Shown in pieces: positions 13,701 through 27,095 of a stretch of 64,000 nucleotides of DNA. Within the stretch, counting starts at the first letter, position 1; each line of letters starts with the position of its first letter. The notes below the pieces were generated by a model. The model did no database searches, was not told where the DNA came from, and was given only the letters and a program-made list of their open reading frames with translations. The stretch is from Felis catus. Lineage: Eukaryota. The translations under genes were made by a program, and so were the position numbers. The stretch is taken from the NCBI RefSeq assembly GCF_018350175.1, contig NC_058373.1, forward strand, positions 104,286,001 through 104,350,000. The letters are read 5' to 3'.

Positions 13701-13943
13701 ATAGCTTTTCACAGTATAGCTAGTAATCCACATACGGTTAGCAATTCATTCAGAGTCCAATTCAAAAAGACAAAACAAGTAAAAATGACACTGGGATTGT
13801 TTCATTCATGGTCAATCACACGATTCCTCAGTGTAGACACGATCGCCACCATGAGACACGCAAGTGCCACCAGGGGCAGTGGTGGAAGCCAAAGTCTCTA
13901 GAAGATACAAGTCGATCACTTGCCAAAAATAATTTCTATGGAA

Positions 13944-14150
13944 TGGCGCTTGGGTGGCTCAGTCGGTTAGGTGTCTGACTTCCACTCAGGTCATGATCTC
14001 GTGGTCCATGAGGTCGAGCCCTGCGTCGGGCTCTGTGCTGACAGCTCAGGGCCTGGAACTTGCTTCAGATTCTGTGTGTGTCTCTCTCTCTTCCCCTACC
14101 CCACTGTGCTGTGTCTCTCTCTCAAAAAAAAAAAATCATTAAAAAAATAA
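13944..14150 (+). mobile_element. Can-SINE
   Basis: Head/core/tail; flanking direct repeat ATAATTTCTATGGAA. Confidence 0.9.
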
Positions 14151-14253
14151 TAATTTCTATGGAAATTCACAAGAGAAAAATTCCTAGACAAGATGACTTC
14201 AAGAATAAAATAGTAGATCTGGTTTCTGAGTACAACTTAACAATGAACATATA

Positions 14254-14487
14254 GGGGCGCCTGGGTGGCGCAGTCGGTTAAGCGTCCGACTTCAGCCAGG
14301 TCACCATCTCGCGGTCCGGGAGTTCAAGCCCCGCGTCAGGCTCTGGGCTGATGGCTCAGAGCCTGGAGCCTGTTTCCGATTCTGTGTCTCCCTCTCTCTC
14401 TGCCCCTCCCCCGTTCATGCTCTGTCTCTCTCTGTCCCAAAAATAAATAAACGTTGAAAAAAAATTTAAAAACAAAACAAAACAAAA
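14254..14487 (+). mobile_element. Young feline-type Can-SINE
   Basis: CpG-intact, near-identical to the 4210 copy; TSD AACAATGAACATATA. Confidence 0.95.
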
Positions 14488-15637
14488 AACAATGAACATA
14501 TAAATAGAAAATGTACAAGTACTGCAGTACTGATGACATTTTAAGTTCTGGTAACTTGTACAGTGGTAAGCCAACAGACTCAACACAAATGTTCTACGAT
14601 TTTAAAAAAACAATTGATTTTTGGAGAAGTAACTGATACCACTGTCTCAATAAAAATATTATCACAAAGGTAAGTAGACTAGTTTTGGCAGAGGAAAAAG
14701 TTAAACGAAGAAGCATAAAAATAAGACAAGTTATCTTAGTAAGTCTCTAGTTTCATGTAGACAGGTGATACATTTTAAAGACAGTTCAGATAATATCTTA
14801 AAGATATTTCTATGCTAACAAATAGTTATTAAGTGCATGGTGTTATGCATTGTAACTGTTTCAACCAAGAAGCAGTTGTAGTAAAAACATGAAAACATGG
14901 AATATGGTATTTCTGGTGTCTTAAAATACAGCCTTTATTATACAGCAAACATAATTCATTTTAAACTTGATACTTTATTAAATCTTTATTATCACTGTTC
15001 TACTGTTATGTTTTGAATGAAATGTACAAATTGGCCTGAGTAGTATAATACATCCTGTGGCAAAACAAGATGAATAGTGTTATAATACACAGAAGAATAT
15101 TCCATAGTTACCAAGAAAGACTTCAAGTGGTCCTATTTAATGGGAAAAGGAAAGAAAACACAAAAGAGTCCTGACCATGGAGATAAAGATTTTCCTGACA
15201 TAGCAGTATTCCAGAGAATAAAACAAGGGAAAGCAGATAGAGTGATACCGGAGTTAGTAAAAAGAAAGTAACATTTGAAAACCAACTTAGGTTAAAAGAA
15301 ACTGGTGGAAGTGTTGGTGGATATTTGGTTGGTTTTCTTCAGTAAAAAGAGATTTTTAATTATGCGAATAGGTGTAATGTATAAAATAGTCCATGTTGAG
15401 AATAAAATAGTATAATAAATGTGAGACCCTGTGATAAAAAAAGAACTATACAACTGCATAGTATATCTGCATTCATTTTGCCTTCATCGAGATGCCCATC
15501 TTGCTGTCATTTATAATCATCAGCATTAATGTGATGCTGTAGGGTATTGACAATAATAAATGCATATTTAGACAAATGTTTGCCATTGCTATTAAAGTCA
15601 ATGTAAGTTTAACTGTTCTATTAGAATTCTTTAAAAA

Positions 15638-15843
15638 AAATTTTTTTTAACATTTATTTATTTTTGAGAGACAGAGCACAAGTGGGGGAGGGGCCGAGAG
15701 AGAGGGAGACACAGAATCCAAAGCAGGCTCCAGGCTCTGAGCTGTCAGCACAGAGCCCGATGTGGGGTTTGAACCCAGACTATAAGATCATGACCTGAGC
15801 CAAAGTCAGACGCTTAACAAACTGAGCCCCCCAGATGCCCCCT
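15638..15843 (-). mobile_element. Can-SINE
   Basis: Reverse head/core; TSD TAGAATTCTT. Confidence 0.9.
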
Positions 15844-16949
15844 AGAATTCTTAAATAAGATATCCCTTCTTTGTATATGCTTGATAATGCGCTTAGTTTC
15901 ACTTCTGCTGCAGAAGGCGTATTAATTTCAATTAGTCATTTTTTAAAAATTGTTTTTACTTGCTTCATAAAAATGAAAGTCTATGACCATAGTTTTGGTA
16001 ATTTTTATATTATTCTAGGGAGGTTACTGAGCATAATTTATTATATCCCTCTTTATCTCAGGAAAATCAATATGGGGTAATTATTCACTATAATAATCTA
16101 TGCCTATAAATAGTGCTCCAGCTGAAGCAAAGGAACTAGTTCGCGGAGATGGTCATCTGGAAATTCAGAGTTTAAAAATTCAGGTAACCAGTTAAATAAA
16201 TCCCATTGTTTTTGTTTGTTTAATAGAGACACATTTCGAGCTCAGTCTCAATATCATTACATATTTTACCTCTTTGAGACTCTGTGATTTCTTCACCTTG
16301 CCACTTCTCCAAGAAATAACAAGTATAAGAAGGATATATATTAACGTATCTTACATTTGTCTCTTGACTAAGCCCCCATCTTTTTTTTTTTTTTAATTTA
16401 TGAAAACGTAGAGACTGTACTACCAAAATACACAATTTCAATACATTTACACGTGCTTCTACTTCCAGGTGAGAAATGAAACAGTACTGCTGAGAAAATT
16501 ATTAGAAATATGAGCCACATCTCAGTTGTGATTGCCTTAAAATCAATATCCTTTTATTTGAACAAATAGCAGCAAGAATCATTAAGATAGGACCCTAGCA
16601 ATTCAGGATAAATCATAGCTCAATGGTGAAGTTGTTATATCATTTGAACAAATTGTTTCAACAACAATTGCATTTCTGCCTCTTGTATGTATAATAAGCT
16701 TAATCATCCTTGCTGGATGCTGTGACTTTGAAGAACATGTTTTTTGGAAAAATGTTTCTAGATTCTTAGGTATCTAATATAAGAGAGGAAAGATACTGCT
16801 ATAAAAGTATTATCTGTCAATAGGAAAGTTTTCATCACATATATATGAGACCATGTCCTTATCCCCACATGAGTAGCATTCTCATACAATTTCAGAGGAA
16901 CACAGTACATGAAATCAAACCCAGAATGGCCTTAAAAAAAAAAATAACA

Positions 16950-17336
16950 GGGCTCCTGGGTACCTCAGTCAGTTAAGCATCCAATTCTTGATTTTGGCTC
17001 AGGTCATGAAGTCATAGTTCCTGTGTTTGAGCCCCGGCATCAGGCTCTGTGCTGACAGTGGGGAGCCTGCTTGGGATTCTCTCTCTCTCTCTCTCTCTGC
17101 CTGCTCTCTCTCTCTCTCTCTCTCTCAAAATAAATAAAATAAACAACTTAAAGTTTATTTAAACAGCTAGCATGAGCAGGGAAGGAGCAGAGAGGGGGAG
17201 AGAGAGACGATACCAAGTAGGCTCTGTACCATCAGTGCAAAGCCCAAAGTGGGGCTCAAACCCATGAGCCGTGAGATCATGACAATCCGAAACCAAAAGT
17301 CGGGCACTCAACCAACTGAGTCACCTAGATGCCCCA
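16950..17336. mobile_element. Two Can-SINEs: + copy (16950-~17150) with a - copy (~17151-17336) in its tail
   Basis: Forward head at 16950, reverse head ending ~17336; AATAAAATAAAC on both sides of the second copy. Confidence 0.85.
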
Positions 17337-17574
17337 ATAAAATAAACTTTAAAAATAATAATAATAATAATAATCATTATCATCATCATCATCATCATAA
17401 AGAGCTTGAGGAATAAATTAGATGAGTTGATTTAAATGCCTGAATCCTGAGGACTCTATTCATTCCACATAGTATTCAAAACATGTTGATTCTATAAATT
17501 CCTTGGCTGATCTTGTTTTGAACTTCCCAAGTGAAAAACATAACCAAGAAACAAAATCCAATTTATTTGATTTA

Positions 17575-17781
17575 TATATTTTTTGATGTTTGTTTATTTT
17601 TGAGAGAGAGACAGAGTGCAAGTGGGGAATGGCAGAGAGAGAGGGAGACACAGAATCCAAAGCAGACTCCAGGCTTTGAGCTGTCCACACAGAGCCTGAC
17701 ACAGTGCTCGAACTCACGAGTTGTGAGATCATGACCTGAGCCGCAGTCGGATGCTTAACCGACTAAGCCACCCAGGCGCCC
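17575..17781 (-). mobile_element. Can-SINE
   Basis: Reverse head GCCACCCAGGCGCCC, core, T tail. Confidence 0.9.
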
Positions 17782-18217
17782 TACAAAACCCACCTTTAGA
17801 ATGAGCTCTACTGAGAGCTGTAGTTGTGACAGGTCATGTTTGAACAATGGCCAGCTTCTGCCTGCCTATGCCACCCGGCTGCCCCTCACAGCCCCCTGTT
17901 GTTCCAGGGATGACATTCCATGGCTATCATCCACCATCTCTCCGCACCTACAGCCTATCAGACAAAACCCTCTGCTATTTCAGAGTAACAGAGTGCTTGC
18001 AAAGCCACGTAATTATCCTCCATAGCTTCAATTTTCAAGAATTTGAGCACTAGCTAAAACAGCCATTTACCTAACTGTTCTCATAAAAATTATTTTCAAT
18101 ATTATTATTTCTAGTGGTTTCAACATTACAACATCTACTATTTCTACTCCACAATGCACATCCTTTTCCATTAGCTCTAAGTCTACCTGAAATCTCAGCT
18201 AACAAGATCACCAATAA

Positions 18218-18280
18218 GGGGTACCCGGCTGGCTCAGTAGATAGAGCATGTGACTCTTGATCTCTCGGTCATGAGAAAAA
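18218..18280 (+). mobile_element. Truncated tRNA-Lys-like SINE head with short A tail
   Basis: GGGGTACCCGGCTGGCTCAGTAGATAGAGCATGTGACTCTTGATCTC then A7; TSD AAGATCACCAATA. Confidence 0.8.
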
Positions 18281-18613
18281 AAGATCACCAATATATAACG
18301 AGCCATTCCTTTTCTTTGAATGTCCTTTAAGACAGACAAACCGCAATGAAGACACACAGCTGGCTAAAAGTGCATCATTGGGTGATTCAACCACAGGCAG
18401 CAACTGCTAAAAAAATACCAGAAGTTGAAAGGAAATTCTGCTCTCCAGACCCAGGAAAGTAAGAAGTATCTTCCAGTAGCATTAGGATTAGCAGATATTA
18501 AGCCTCAGGTCATTGCTAGAAGATGTATTTCTTAGGGAGCTCATTCAAACTACCAGAATATCTTGGTCTTTCAGTTCTGCCTGGTGTATCTTCAAGAAAA
18601 GAAATTAACTATA

Positions 18614-18825
18614 GGGGAGACTGGGTGGCTCAGTTGGTTAAGCATCTGACTTTGATTTCAGATCAGGTCACAATCTCACGGTTCATGAGTTCGAGCCCCG
18701 CATCGGGCCTTTGCTGAGAGCTCAGATCCTGGAGCCTGATTCAGATTCTGTCTCCCGCTCTCTCTGCCCCTTCTCCACTCACACATTCTCTCTGTCTCTC
18801 TCTCAAAAATAAACATTAAAAAAAG
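18614..18825 (+). mobile_element. Can-SINE
   Basis: Head/core/tail; flanking TTAACTA repeats. Confidence 0.9.
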
Positions 18826-20294
18826 TTAACTACAGTTTATGTTTGGAACTAAAAGAGATTTGTAGATTCACAATGTTTTCTCTGTGTCTAAAAATTTTAA
18901 GAGATAAATTTCCTTTTGTTCCAAAGATTATTATTCAAGTGTTTAACAATGTTAAGTCTTTTCAAAACATAAGATCTTCTTTTAAGAAGTGCAAATTCAA
19001 TTTGTTAACATATCAGAATATTTTTTGAATTAATTTTAAGTATAAAATAACTAGTGCTTTTTACTCTATGCCTTCAGTTATTCATGTAGCATTAATTTAA
19101 ACTGTATGAGTAAGTCATTTCTACTTTCCATGTATTACAAACTGTCTTGCCCCTAACAGGCAATTTTATATCGCAGAGAATGAAAATTTCAATTTGCAAT
19201 AAGTAGCTTTTTTTCTCAGGTCGAATATCAAATACTGTTTATAAAGCGTGTAAGCAGGATTTCTTTTGGTAGTGTTGGACTGTGCACGTTGACAATATTA
19301 GAAGGTGAGTAATGAATTTTCCTGATTTATGCATATTCTCTTAATATAGCTGGAAGATAAAACCAGTTGTATGAGTGGGGTTGTGAGACAGAGATTATCT
19401 GACATTTTAATTATCAATTGAAATTTCAATAGTCAAATATCAGTTGTGATAGTGGCTTTGCAACCATTTCCAAAAGTCAAACAACATCCTTGCCTGCAAG
19501 CCACCTTAGTGTCTTGAGTGGCCTGACATGCTAGCTTTTCCACTCTCCATTTATGGCACTGTGATGGTGGCTGCCTCCCTGATGGGGTTCTAATTTACTG
19601 ACATACTGAATATCAAATCAGAAAATACACAGACAAGCGACTCAGTATCACGAAGTTAGGAACACTATGGGGGTCTTTTCACCTTTCCAAAACCAAGCAC
19701 TTTCTAACATATTCAACTCCCATTTTTCACTGAAGACAGGTAGAGTTCCAGCACTCACATCCTGTAAACCATTTGGCTCCATAAATCTTATAGTATTTCA
19801 TAATGTACCATAAGCCACACAGTTCAGAGGGTTCTAGTTCTGCTAGTATGGTTATTCTTCCCTCCTTCAAGTCTCCTGAAGAGGATGGGGAGGGAACTCA
19901 TACATATTGATATGTTTGTGGGACTCCATTGGGTACTTCATGAATTTATTCAGCAAATATTTATTGAGTTTCGACTATATACCATGCACTGTACTAAGCC
20001 CTGGGGATATAAGGGTGAACTAAATATGTATTTAATTCTTACAACAACTCTGTAAGGTAGATATTATTAATTCACATATTACAAATACAATTGTACTATC
20101 TGAATATTTTTAACCCACAGAAAAACATTAATACTTTGATCCTTTTACTACATGTTTAAAAAGGAAATTTAGTAAGCATATCTCTTTCTATGATGGAAGC
20201 AAAGAAAATTTCAACTTTTTCCCTATTGAAATCTGATAGTTTCCCTTTATTCTTAGATATTGATGGTGGGTATGTCTGTATGACTGTCTCTTGA

Positions 20295-21400
20295 CAAACT
20301 CGTAAAAAGAAATCAGAACAATAAAAAAGACAACCCAAGTTAAAAAAAAATGGCAAAGGATGTGGATAAATATTTCTCTAAAAAGATATACAAATGGCCA
20401 ACAAATACATGAACAGATTGTCAACATCATTAGTCATCAGGGAAATGAAAATCAAAACCACAAAAACATATGACTTATTCTTACCCATTAGGATAGCAGT
20501 ATTCAAAAAGACAGACAATTAACAAGTATTGGCAAGAATGTGGAGAACTTAAAATCTTCATACATTGCTAGTTTGAATGGAAAATGGTGTAGTTCCTTTG
20601 GGAAACAGTCTACTAGGTTCCTCAGATAGTTAAACATAGAGGGGTGCCTGGGTGGCTCAGTCGGTTGAGTGTCCAACTCTTGGTTTCGGCACAGGTCATG
20701 ATCTCATGGTTTGTGAGTTTGCACCCCACGTCAGGCTCCATGCTGACAGTGCAGAGCCTTCTTTGGGATTCTCTCTCTCTCTCTCTCTCTCTCTGCCCCT
20801 CTCCCACTCACTCTCTCTGTCTCTCTCTCTCAAAAATAAATAAATAAACTAAAAAAAAAATGTTAAACATAGAATTACCATACCACTTGTAGGTATATAC
20901 AAGAGCTCAAATAAATGCTTGTACATGAATATTCACAGCAGCACTATTTACAAGAGCCAAGAGGTGGAAACAATCCAAATGTCCATCAATGGATGAATGC
21001 ATAAACAAAATATGATATATCTATACAATGAAATTTAACTACAAAAAGGAATGAAGTACTAATACCTCCAGCAACACAGATGAACCTTGAAAACATTTTC
21101 CAAAGTGAAATAAGCCAGACACCACAGACCACGTATTCTATGATTCTGTTTATGTGAGATGTCCAGAATAGGCAGATTTATAGAGACAGATAACAGATTA
21201 GTGGTTGCCAGGGACTCAGAGGAGAGGGATAGTGACAGCCTATGGGTAGGGGATTTCCTTTTGCGAGAATTAAAATGTTTCAGAACTAGACAGTGGTAAT
21301 GGTTGCACAACTCTGAATATACAAAAATCGACCAAATTAAATATTATATGTTAAAGGGAGAGTTTTATGGTATGTTAATTTTATGTCACTTTAAAAAATT
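20295..21400 (+). mobile_element. Old L1 (L1MB-like) 3' end interrupted by a Can-SINE at 20641-20860
   Basis: Degenerate ORF2 C-terminal sequence and 3' UTR (gattagtggttgccaggg, ggtaatggttgcacaactctgaatat); SINE TSD GTTAAACATAGA. Confidence 0.85.
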
Positions 21401-21419
21401 TTTTGAAGTGAGCTAGACA

Positions 21420-21600
21420 GGGATGCCTGAGTGGCTCCATCAGTTAAGCGTCTGACTTCAGCTCAGGTCATGATCTCATGATTTGTGGGTTCGAGCCCTG
21501 TGGTGGGCTCTGTGCTGACAGCTCAGAGCCTGGAGCCTGCTTCGAGTTCTGTCTCTCCCTCTCTCTCTACTTCAAAAATAAATAAACATTTAAAAAAAGT
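21420..21600 (+). mobile_element. Can-SINE
   Basis: Head/core/tail; TSD AAGTGAGCTA. Confidence 0.88.
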
Positions 21601-22026
21601 GAGCTAAACAGATTTAAGATAAAATCTTAAGAGTACAGCTCCTGTTCCTTTTCACCCCAAAACATATCAAACACCACTGGCCTCAGTGTAATAAGGACAG
21701 CAATAGCACATGTAACTTCATGCTGCCTCAGTTTACTTTAGATATATTTCACAGTGAAGCTTGGAGTTTGGAGTTTTGAACAAAGGGACCCATGTACGAG
21801 GATTTGATTGTGTACCAACCTTGTGGTTTGAGCTTGGATTCCTTGGAAACAGCAGCTAGTATCATTTATGACATCTCCAGTGTAGGTACTTTACGGTTTT
21901 TACTACCATTCCCACAGATATAAATGGGATTAGCTTCTTGAAAAAGGATTTCTCTTCGGAGACATGTAAAAATATTGATAAGAATAATTTTACTCAAGTC
22001 AGATGAAAAATACCTTGCAACTTCAG

Positions 22027-22029
<3 letters not shown>

Positions 22030-22074
<45 letters not shown>

Positions 22075-22099
22075 GTGTGTATGTATTTGTGTGTGTGTG
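22030..22099. repeat. (CA)n microsatellite followed by short (TG)n tracts
   Basis: About 20 CA units, then TG runs. Confidence 0.95.
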
Positions 22100-22638
22100 C
22101 AATGGAGAGAATTAGAATTTCTTAAAGTTCCATTGGACTTAGAATGAGATTTAGGCAAAATGTTAAGATGAATGTTCTTAATTCTTAGTAAATTTGGCAT
22201 TATGCACAATCTGGCCTGTGTGAAGTGAATTTTAAAGGGAGTGATCTTTTCACATTTCTTCATTAGTAAATATCAAGTAATCTTTGACTTGTAAAAAGTT
22301 TTCTAGTCCCCAGGAGTAAGGAACTGGGTTGGAATGCATGGGTTCATTAATTGGGAATGACATAGATTAGGAGATAATTGGTTAGGACCCAGTAAATTCA
22401 ACAGTTCTTCAAACAGGCTGCACTTTATGTTATCACAAACATCCCTGCCTTTGTGCCCTAGAATCCTTGGAATCATTCCTAGCTTTCTGCTTTGGACTTG
22501 GACCAGTTCAAGTGAAAGTTCAGAAATCTTATTGGTAAGTCTTGCCTTTTATTGATCCCAGCCCAAAACAGTGTTTGTAAGAATCAGACTTTTAAGAACA
22601 GACTTGTAAGAATCTCCTATTAAGAAATTTGAAGTAAA

Positions 22639-22764
22639 GGGGTGTCTGGCTGTCTCACTTGGTAGAGCATGCGACTCCTGATCTTGGGGTTGTGAGTTCA
22701 AGCTCCATGTTGGGCATAGAGATTACTTAAGAAAAGAAACAAAGAAAGAGAGAGGGAAAGAAAG

Positions 22765-22831
<67 letters not shown>

Positions 22832-22832
22832 A
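22639..22832 (+). mobile_element. Short tRNA-Lys-like Can-SINE with tail expanded to (GAAA)n
   Basis: Head GGGGTGTCTGGCTGTCTCACTTGGTAGAGCATGCGACTC ending GATTACTTAA; (GAAA)n ~22730-22832. Confidence 0.85.
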
Positions 22833-23774
22833 ATTCACAGTGAAGTATAGCTGTCTCAGGAGATACATGTGATTTGAAATAAACTATCAATATAATTATT
22901 TGTCTTCTGAACCCAAAGTGAGATATTCCATTCTTTCCTTTCTCATATATCCAAAACAAAAAGTAAGAGAGAAATGGAATGCTTCTTTATAAACTTGTGG
23001 TCCTCTTTGAAGCTCGGTGGCTATATACTAAGAAGAATGTTAATTACAGAAAAAAAATAGATTCAGTAGTTACCTGTATAGACCCTTGGTCCCTTCCCTC
23101 CAACACTATTTTTAAAGGTTTTGTTGCATCTACTCATAACTATCAAAGATATTTCCATTGGTTATAAGGACTTGGGCAAATAAGATTCACATTTTCAGGA
23201 ATCTTTAAAAGGACAGTATTTATCATTAGTTAGGTTCAGTGTAATACTGAATGTTAATACTTTCCTATTGATTACCACTTAACATTTATTTATTCAACTG
23301 AGAAGATATAATATGCAAAAGTTGAATTTGGAAGGTAACTTTAATAAGATGTGTGATAAGACTTTAAAATAAGGTAATACTGAGTAATTTGGTAGATCCA
23401 CGTATGACAGAAGTAAGCATAAAAAGAAAGGATGCCGAATTTTAAAGGTATAGAGCCTCCTGAAGATAAAAGAGTAAGAACACGGTCAGTCTGAGTATAG
23501 TTACACTCGGTGACAAAAGACTGAAATAGATCTATGATTCTATTATTCCAAGACATTGTGATAATACAGAAAATAAGCTTATAAAAATTCTTAACACCCA
23601 AGGAAAAATGAACCATTCAAAGAAAGTAGAACAATTCTGAGAAATTGATAATCCTCCTATACTTTCCAAAGCCACTCAGAGAAACCAAATAGGCCACAAC
23701 TCAAATGACTACTCAGAACACAATGTGTTGGAGGGTTGCTTTCAGTTTTGCCAGGTTTCCAAATCTTTCTTTCT

Positions 23775-24013
23775 TTTTTTTTTTTTTTAATGTTTATTTA
23801 TTTTTCAGAGAGAGAATGAGCTCACAAGAGCCTGGAGGCAGGAGGGGCAGGGGAGGGGCAGAGAGAGACAGAGAGAGAGATAAGCAGAGGATCTGAAGCC
23901 AGCTCTGTACTGACAGCAGAGAGCCCAATGGGGGGCCTGAACTCCCATGAGATCATGATCTGAGCCAAAGTAAAAGTTGGACGCTCAACTGACTGAGCCA
24001 CCCAAGCACCCCT
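23775..24013 (-). mobile_element. Can-SINE
   Basis: Poly-T, core, reverse head GAGCCACCCAAGCACCCC. Confidence 0.88.
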
Positions 24014-24639
24014 GAAAAACTTCTTAATGCCCTAAGTTATTAACCCTGGGGAAAAGCTGTGGAAGTGGTGGTACTCGTTGGGGATGATACTCGTTGTGAT
24101 ATTTATGGTCTGAATTAGCAAATGCAAGGCACAAGTGCGGTATCACCCTCACTCATGGCCAGCATTTCTACTTGATCATGCTGCTATGTCCCAGATTTGT
24201 CCTCTGGACGCTTTTCAGCGCAGTCCTACAGGCAGCACTAATTTTCATTTGGATCTGCCTCAAGAGAACAAGCTCATTCACCATAGGCTGCTCAAGGGTG
24301 CCCAGAGGCTGGAGGCCAGGGAGTGACTCATTAAGCAAGCGCCAGTAGTAGCAGAGGAAGGAGGAGTCCTGGGGTCATAAAGAACAGAGTTTACTTGATC
24401 TCATGGCCCTCCTCCTTCCATAAGTATACCCACCGATGCCGTATGTGGCTTGCACAAAAATGTAAGTGGTGTTATTTTTTAAAAAGCACACTAGACTTGA
24501 AGTCCTGAGGCAGAATGCTATTCCTGCTTCACCTCAATGAACCACTCTGGTTTGCCTGGCACTGTCTTTAGAGCTTTTACATGTATTTATGATATGCTTA
24601 CGTGAGTGTGCACTTTTGCTAACAAAACAATTTATTGTT

Positions 24640-25085
24640 ATTTTGAAAATTCAACCATTAGTAAAATATATAATGGAGAGAATAAGTAAAGATCCACCAT
24701 AATGGTTCTGCTAGAGAAATAATCACTTTTAGTGGTTTTGTGTCCATTCCTCAATATTTTTTCATGCATATTTAGTTTAGTCTTTTTAACAATTGTATAC
24801 TAGTCTACTCTCTAAATGTATCATATTTTATTTAATCAGCCCTTTTACTAATTGGCTTATGAGTTGGGGATAGTGTTATTCCATTACAAATAGCACCACA
24901 GTGAACAACCTAGGATGTATGTTTTTGGGTACTTGTGCAAAAATTGCTTTGGGGGAAATCTCTAGAAGTGAAATTGCAGGATTAGAGAGTATGCACATTT
25001 AAAATGTTAATAAAAATTGTTAAGTCAACCTCCAAATTTATCAATTTATACTCTCACCCACAGTATATTAGACTGCCTGTTTCTG
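24640..25085 (-). mobile_element. Very old L1 (L1ME-like) fragment
   Basis: Degenerate reverse ORF2 phrases (ctagaagtgaaattgcagg, aatttatactctcacc). Confidence 0.55.
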
Positions 25086-25362
25086 GTTTGTGCTCTAAGG
25101 AACACAAAAACAATGAGGGAAAATTGTTTAATATTAGGCTCATATAGTCTTAAGCCACAGTAATTAATAGAAAAACATCTGTCCAAAGGAAGTAATATTT
25201 CAGTCACCTGCTGTGAATGCAAATATTACAAAATGCCTTCTTGGAGATTCAATTGATTTCTGAGATTCCTCTGTATTATCAGAATGGAAAAACAGAACAG
25301 TACTTCCATGGTTTCACATTAAGGGAGTGAGATAAAAGGAGAAAGTCAAAACATTATTATTA

Positions 25363-25394
<32 letters not shown>

Positions 25395-26933
25395 TGGTTC
25401 ATCTTCTGTTCTGACACTTTGTCTCAAGATCAAGACAGTATATTATTGAGAATAACATAATGTAAAAAATTAGGTTCCTAAAAGTGACAATGTATTTTCT
25501 TCACCAAATACCTGTGTTTGGGAAAATGAATTAAATAATAGATTTGGGTGGGAAAAAAATACATGCTTTTTAAAAATCACTTCTTGTTTAGTTTAAACAC
25601 AATACTGCCTAGCCTTACACTATTTGTGTATTAAATAGTGAGAAAAGGTAGCTTAATGGACAATATTTGCAGATGTTATCTCATTTGATCCTTATTACAA
25701 CCCTATGAAGTAAGTACCGTTTTATAGACTCAATACATAATTTTTTCCCCTGATACAACATTTTAAGCACAGCCACCATTATAGGTGCTTTAGACGGGAT
25801 TTATCAGGCTGGAAAGCACCTTATAGCTCATCTTCTTCCTTTGAGTCATTTCTCCCTCAGAAGAGGGTACTGAGTGATTACACCTGTACCTCTCCTACTT
25901 TGGGTACTGTGAGGATTAAACATTAGCACAAAAATAGGACATGTAATCTGCTCTGGATTTACTTGAAAATGAAGTGGAGAATTTTAAACATGGTGGTAGA
26001 TCCTTTCAACTAGGGTGAGCCGAGGAGGCTGGAATCCTGCTTAGGAGATGGCTTGCTTCACTTCCTCCTTAACGCCCCTGTGGGCAGAATGTGGCTCTGC
26101 AATTCTAGTTTTCTTGACACAGAGGGTCGCAACAAGCCCTAAACAAGCAGCAGGAAGAGGTCACTGGTGCTCATGGATAAGCCATCATGAGGACAATTTA
26201 CCTCATTGATAAATTACTGTTGGACAATTGATAGATGACATTATAATGTGAGAATAAAGGAGAAGAAAGTCCTAATCCACAGTAAAACCAAAATTACCTT
26301 TGGCAGGGAAGATCCATGTAGAAAAAGAAGCATGCAAATCTTCATAGATACATGCCGGGCACAACATGGGCAATAACTTCTGAGTTCTGTAGACGAAATA
26401 ATGGCATCACCGAAGACAAAAGAAGAGAAGAGAGAAATTGATGTAAATGCGCAAAGGGGGACTGACCTTTGTTTCACTTCAATACACAGGTATATTGGGT
26501 TTGTATTGAAATATCAAATCCGTACCCTAGTATATTCGTTTCAACGGCATTGCCCTTAGAGCACAGTGAGAAAGTCTCAGAACGTGTGCAGGAGGAGGGT
26601 CATAATGAAGCATCCTTGAATCAATTTGGTCAAAAGTAATGAGAGAGATGGAGAGGTAGTTGAGTGGTTTAAGCAGCAAAACTTAAAGGAAAGGACATCA
26701 GGTATCGCTGGTGTAATCTTTGGTATATAATGCATTTACAAATTAGAATTCATTTGCAGCTGCCATTCTTCCTCCATTTGAACATAGTTTATTTATTTAC
26801 TTGTTTACTTGCTTGTTTGAACAGTCATAGTTTATTAACTTCAATTCCTGAACAAAATATTGAGTGTCTGGCCATGCTTTTACCAGAGAAAAGATTTCCC
26901 ATGAGAGGGAACATTTCAGAAATGAACTTCTCG

Positions 26934-27095
26934 GGGGCGCCCAGGTGGCTCAATCAGTTAAGCGCTAGACTCTTGATCTCAGCTCAAGTCTTGATCTCAG
27001 AGCTGTGAGTTCAAGCCTTGCATTGGGCTCCATGCTGGGCATGAAGCCTACTTAAAAAAAAAAAAAAGAAAGAAAAAGAAAAGAAAGAAAAAAAG
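26934..27095 (+). mobile_element. Short Can-SINE
   Basis: Head GGGGCGCCCAGGTGGCTCAATCAG to GCCTACTTAAAA; TSD AGAAATGAA. Confidence 0.88.

Noticed and set aside
13845..13901. Perfect Kozak GCCACCATG and adjacent CTCF-like CCACCAGGGGCAG
   Set aside because: ORF is only 16 codons, and the CTCF core is one G short of consensus
16227..16468. Exon-like stretch with YFTSLRLCDFF resembling GPCR TM2
   Set aside because: Lies upstream of the better TM1 match at 27321, so the order is wrong; similarity is weak
19220..19304. Good AG/GT-flanked 85-nt segment reading ..SFGSVGLCTLTILE (TM3-like)
   Set aside because: Out of order relative to TM1 and no DRY; could be a chance or non-coding exon
22639..22730. 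tRNA-Lys-like sequences here and at other SINE heads
   Set aside because: Diverged SINE heads with A tails and TSDs, not intact cloverleaf tRNA genes
26490..26560. CAG|G TAT ATT, resembling a split DRY exon start
   Set aside because: Upstream of TM1 and no TM4-like continuation
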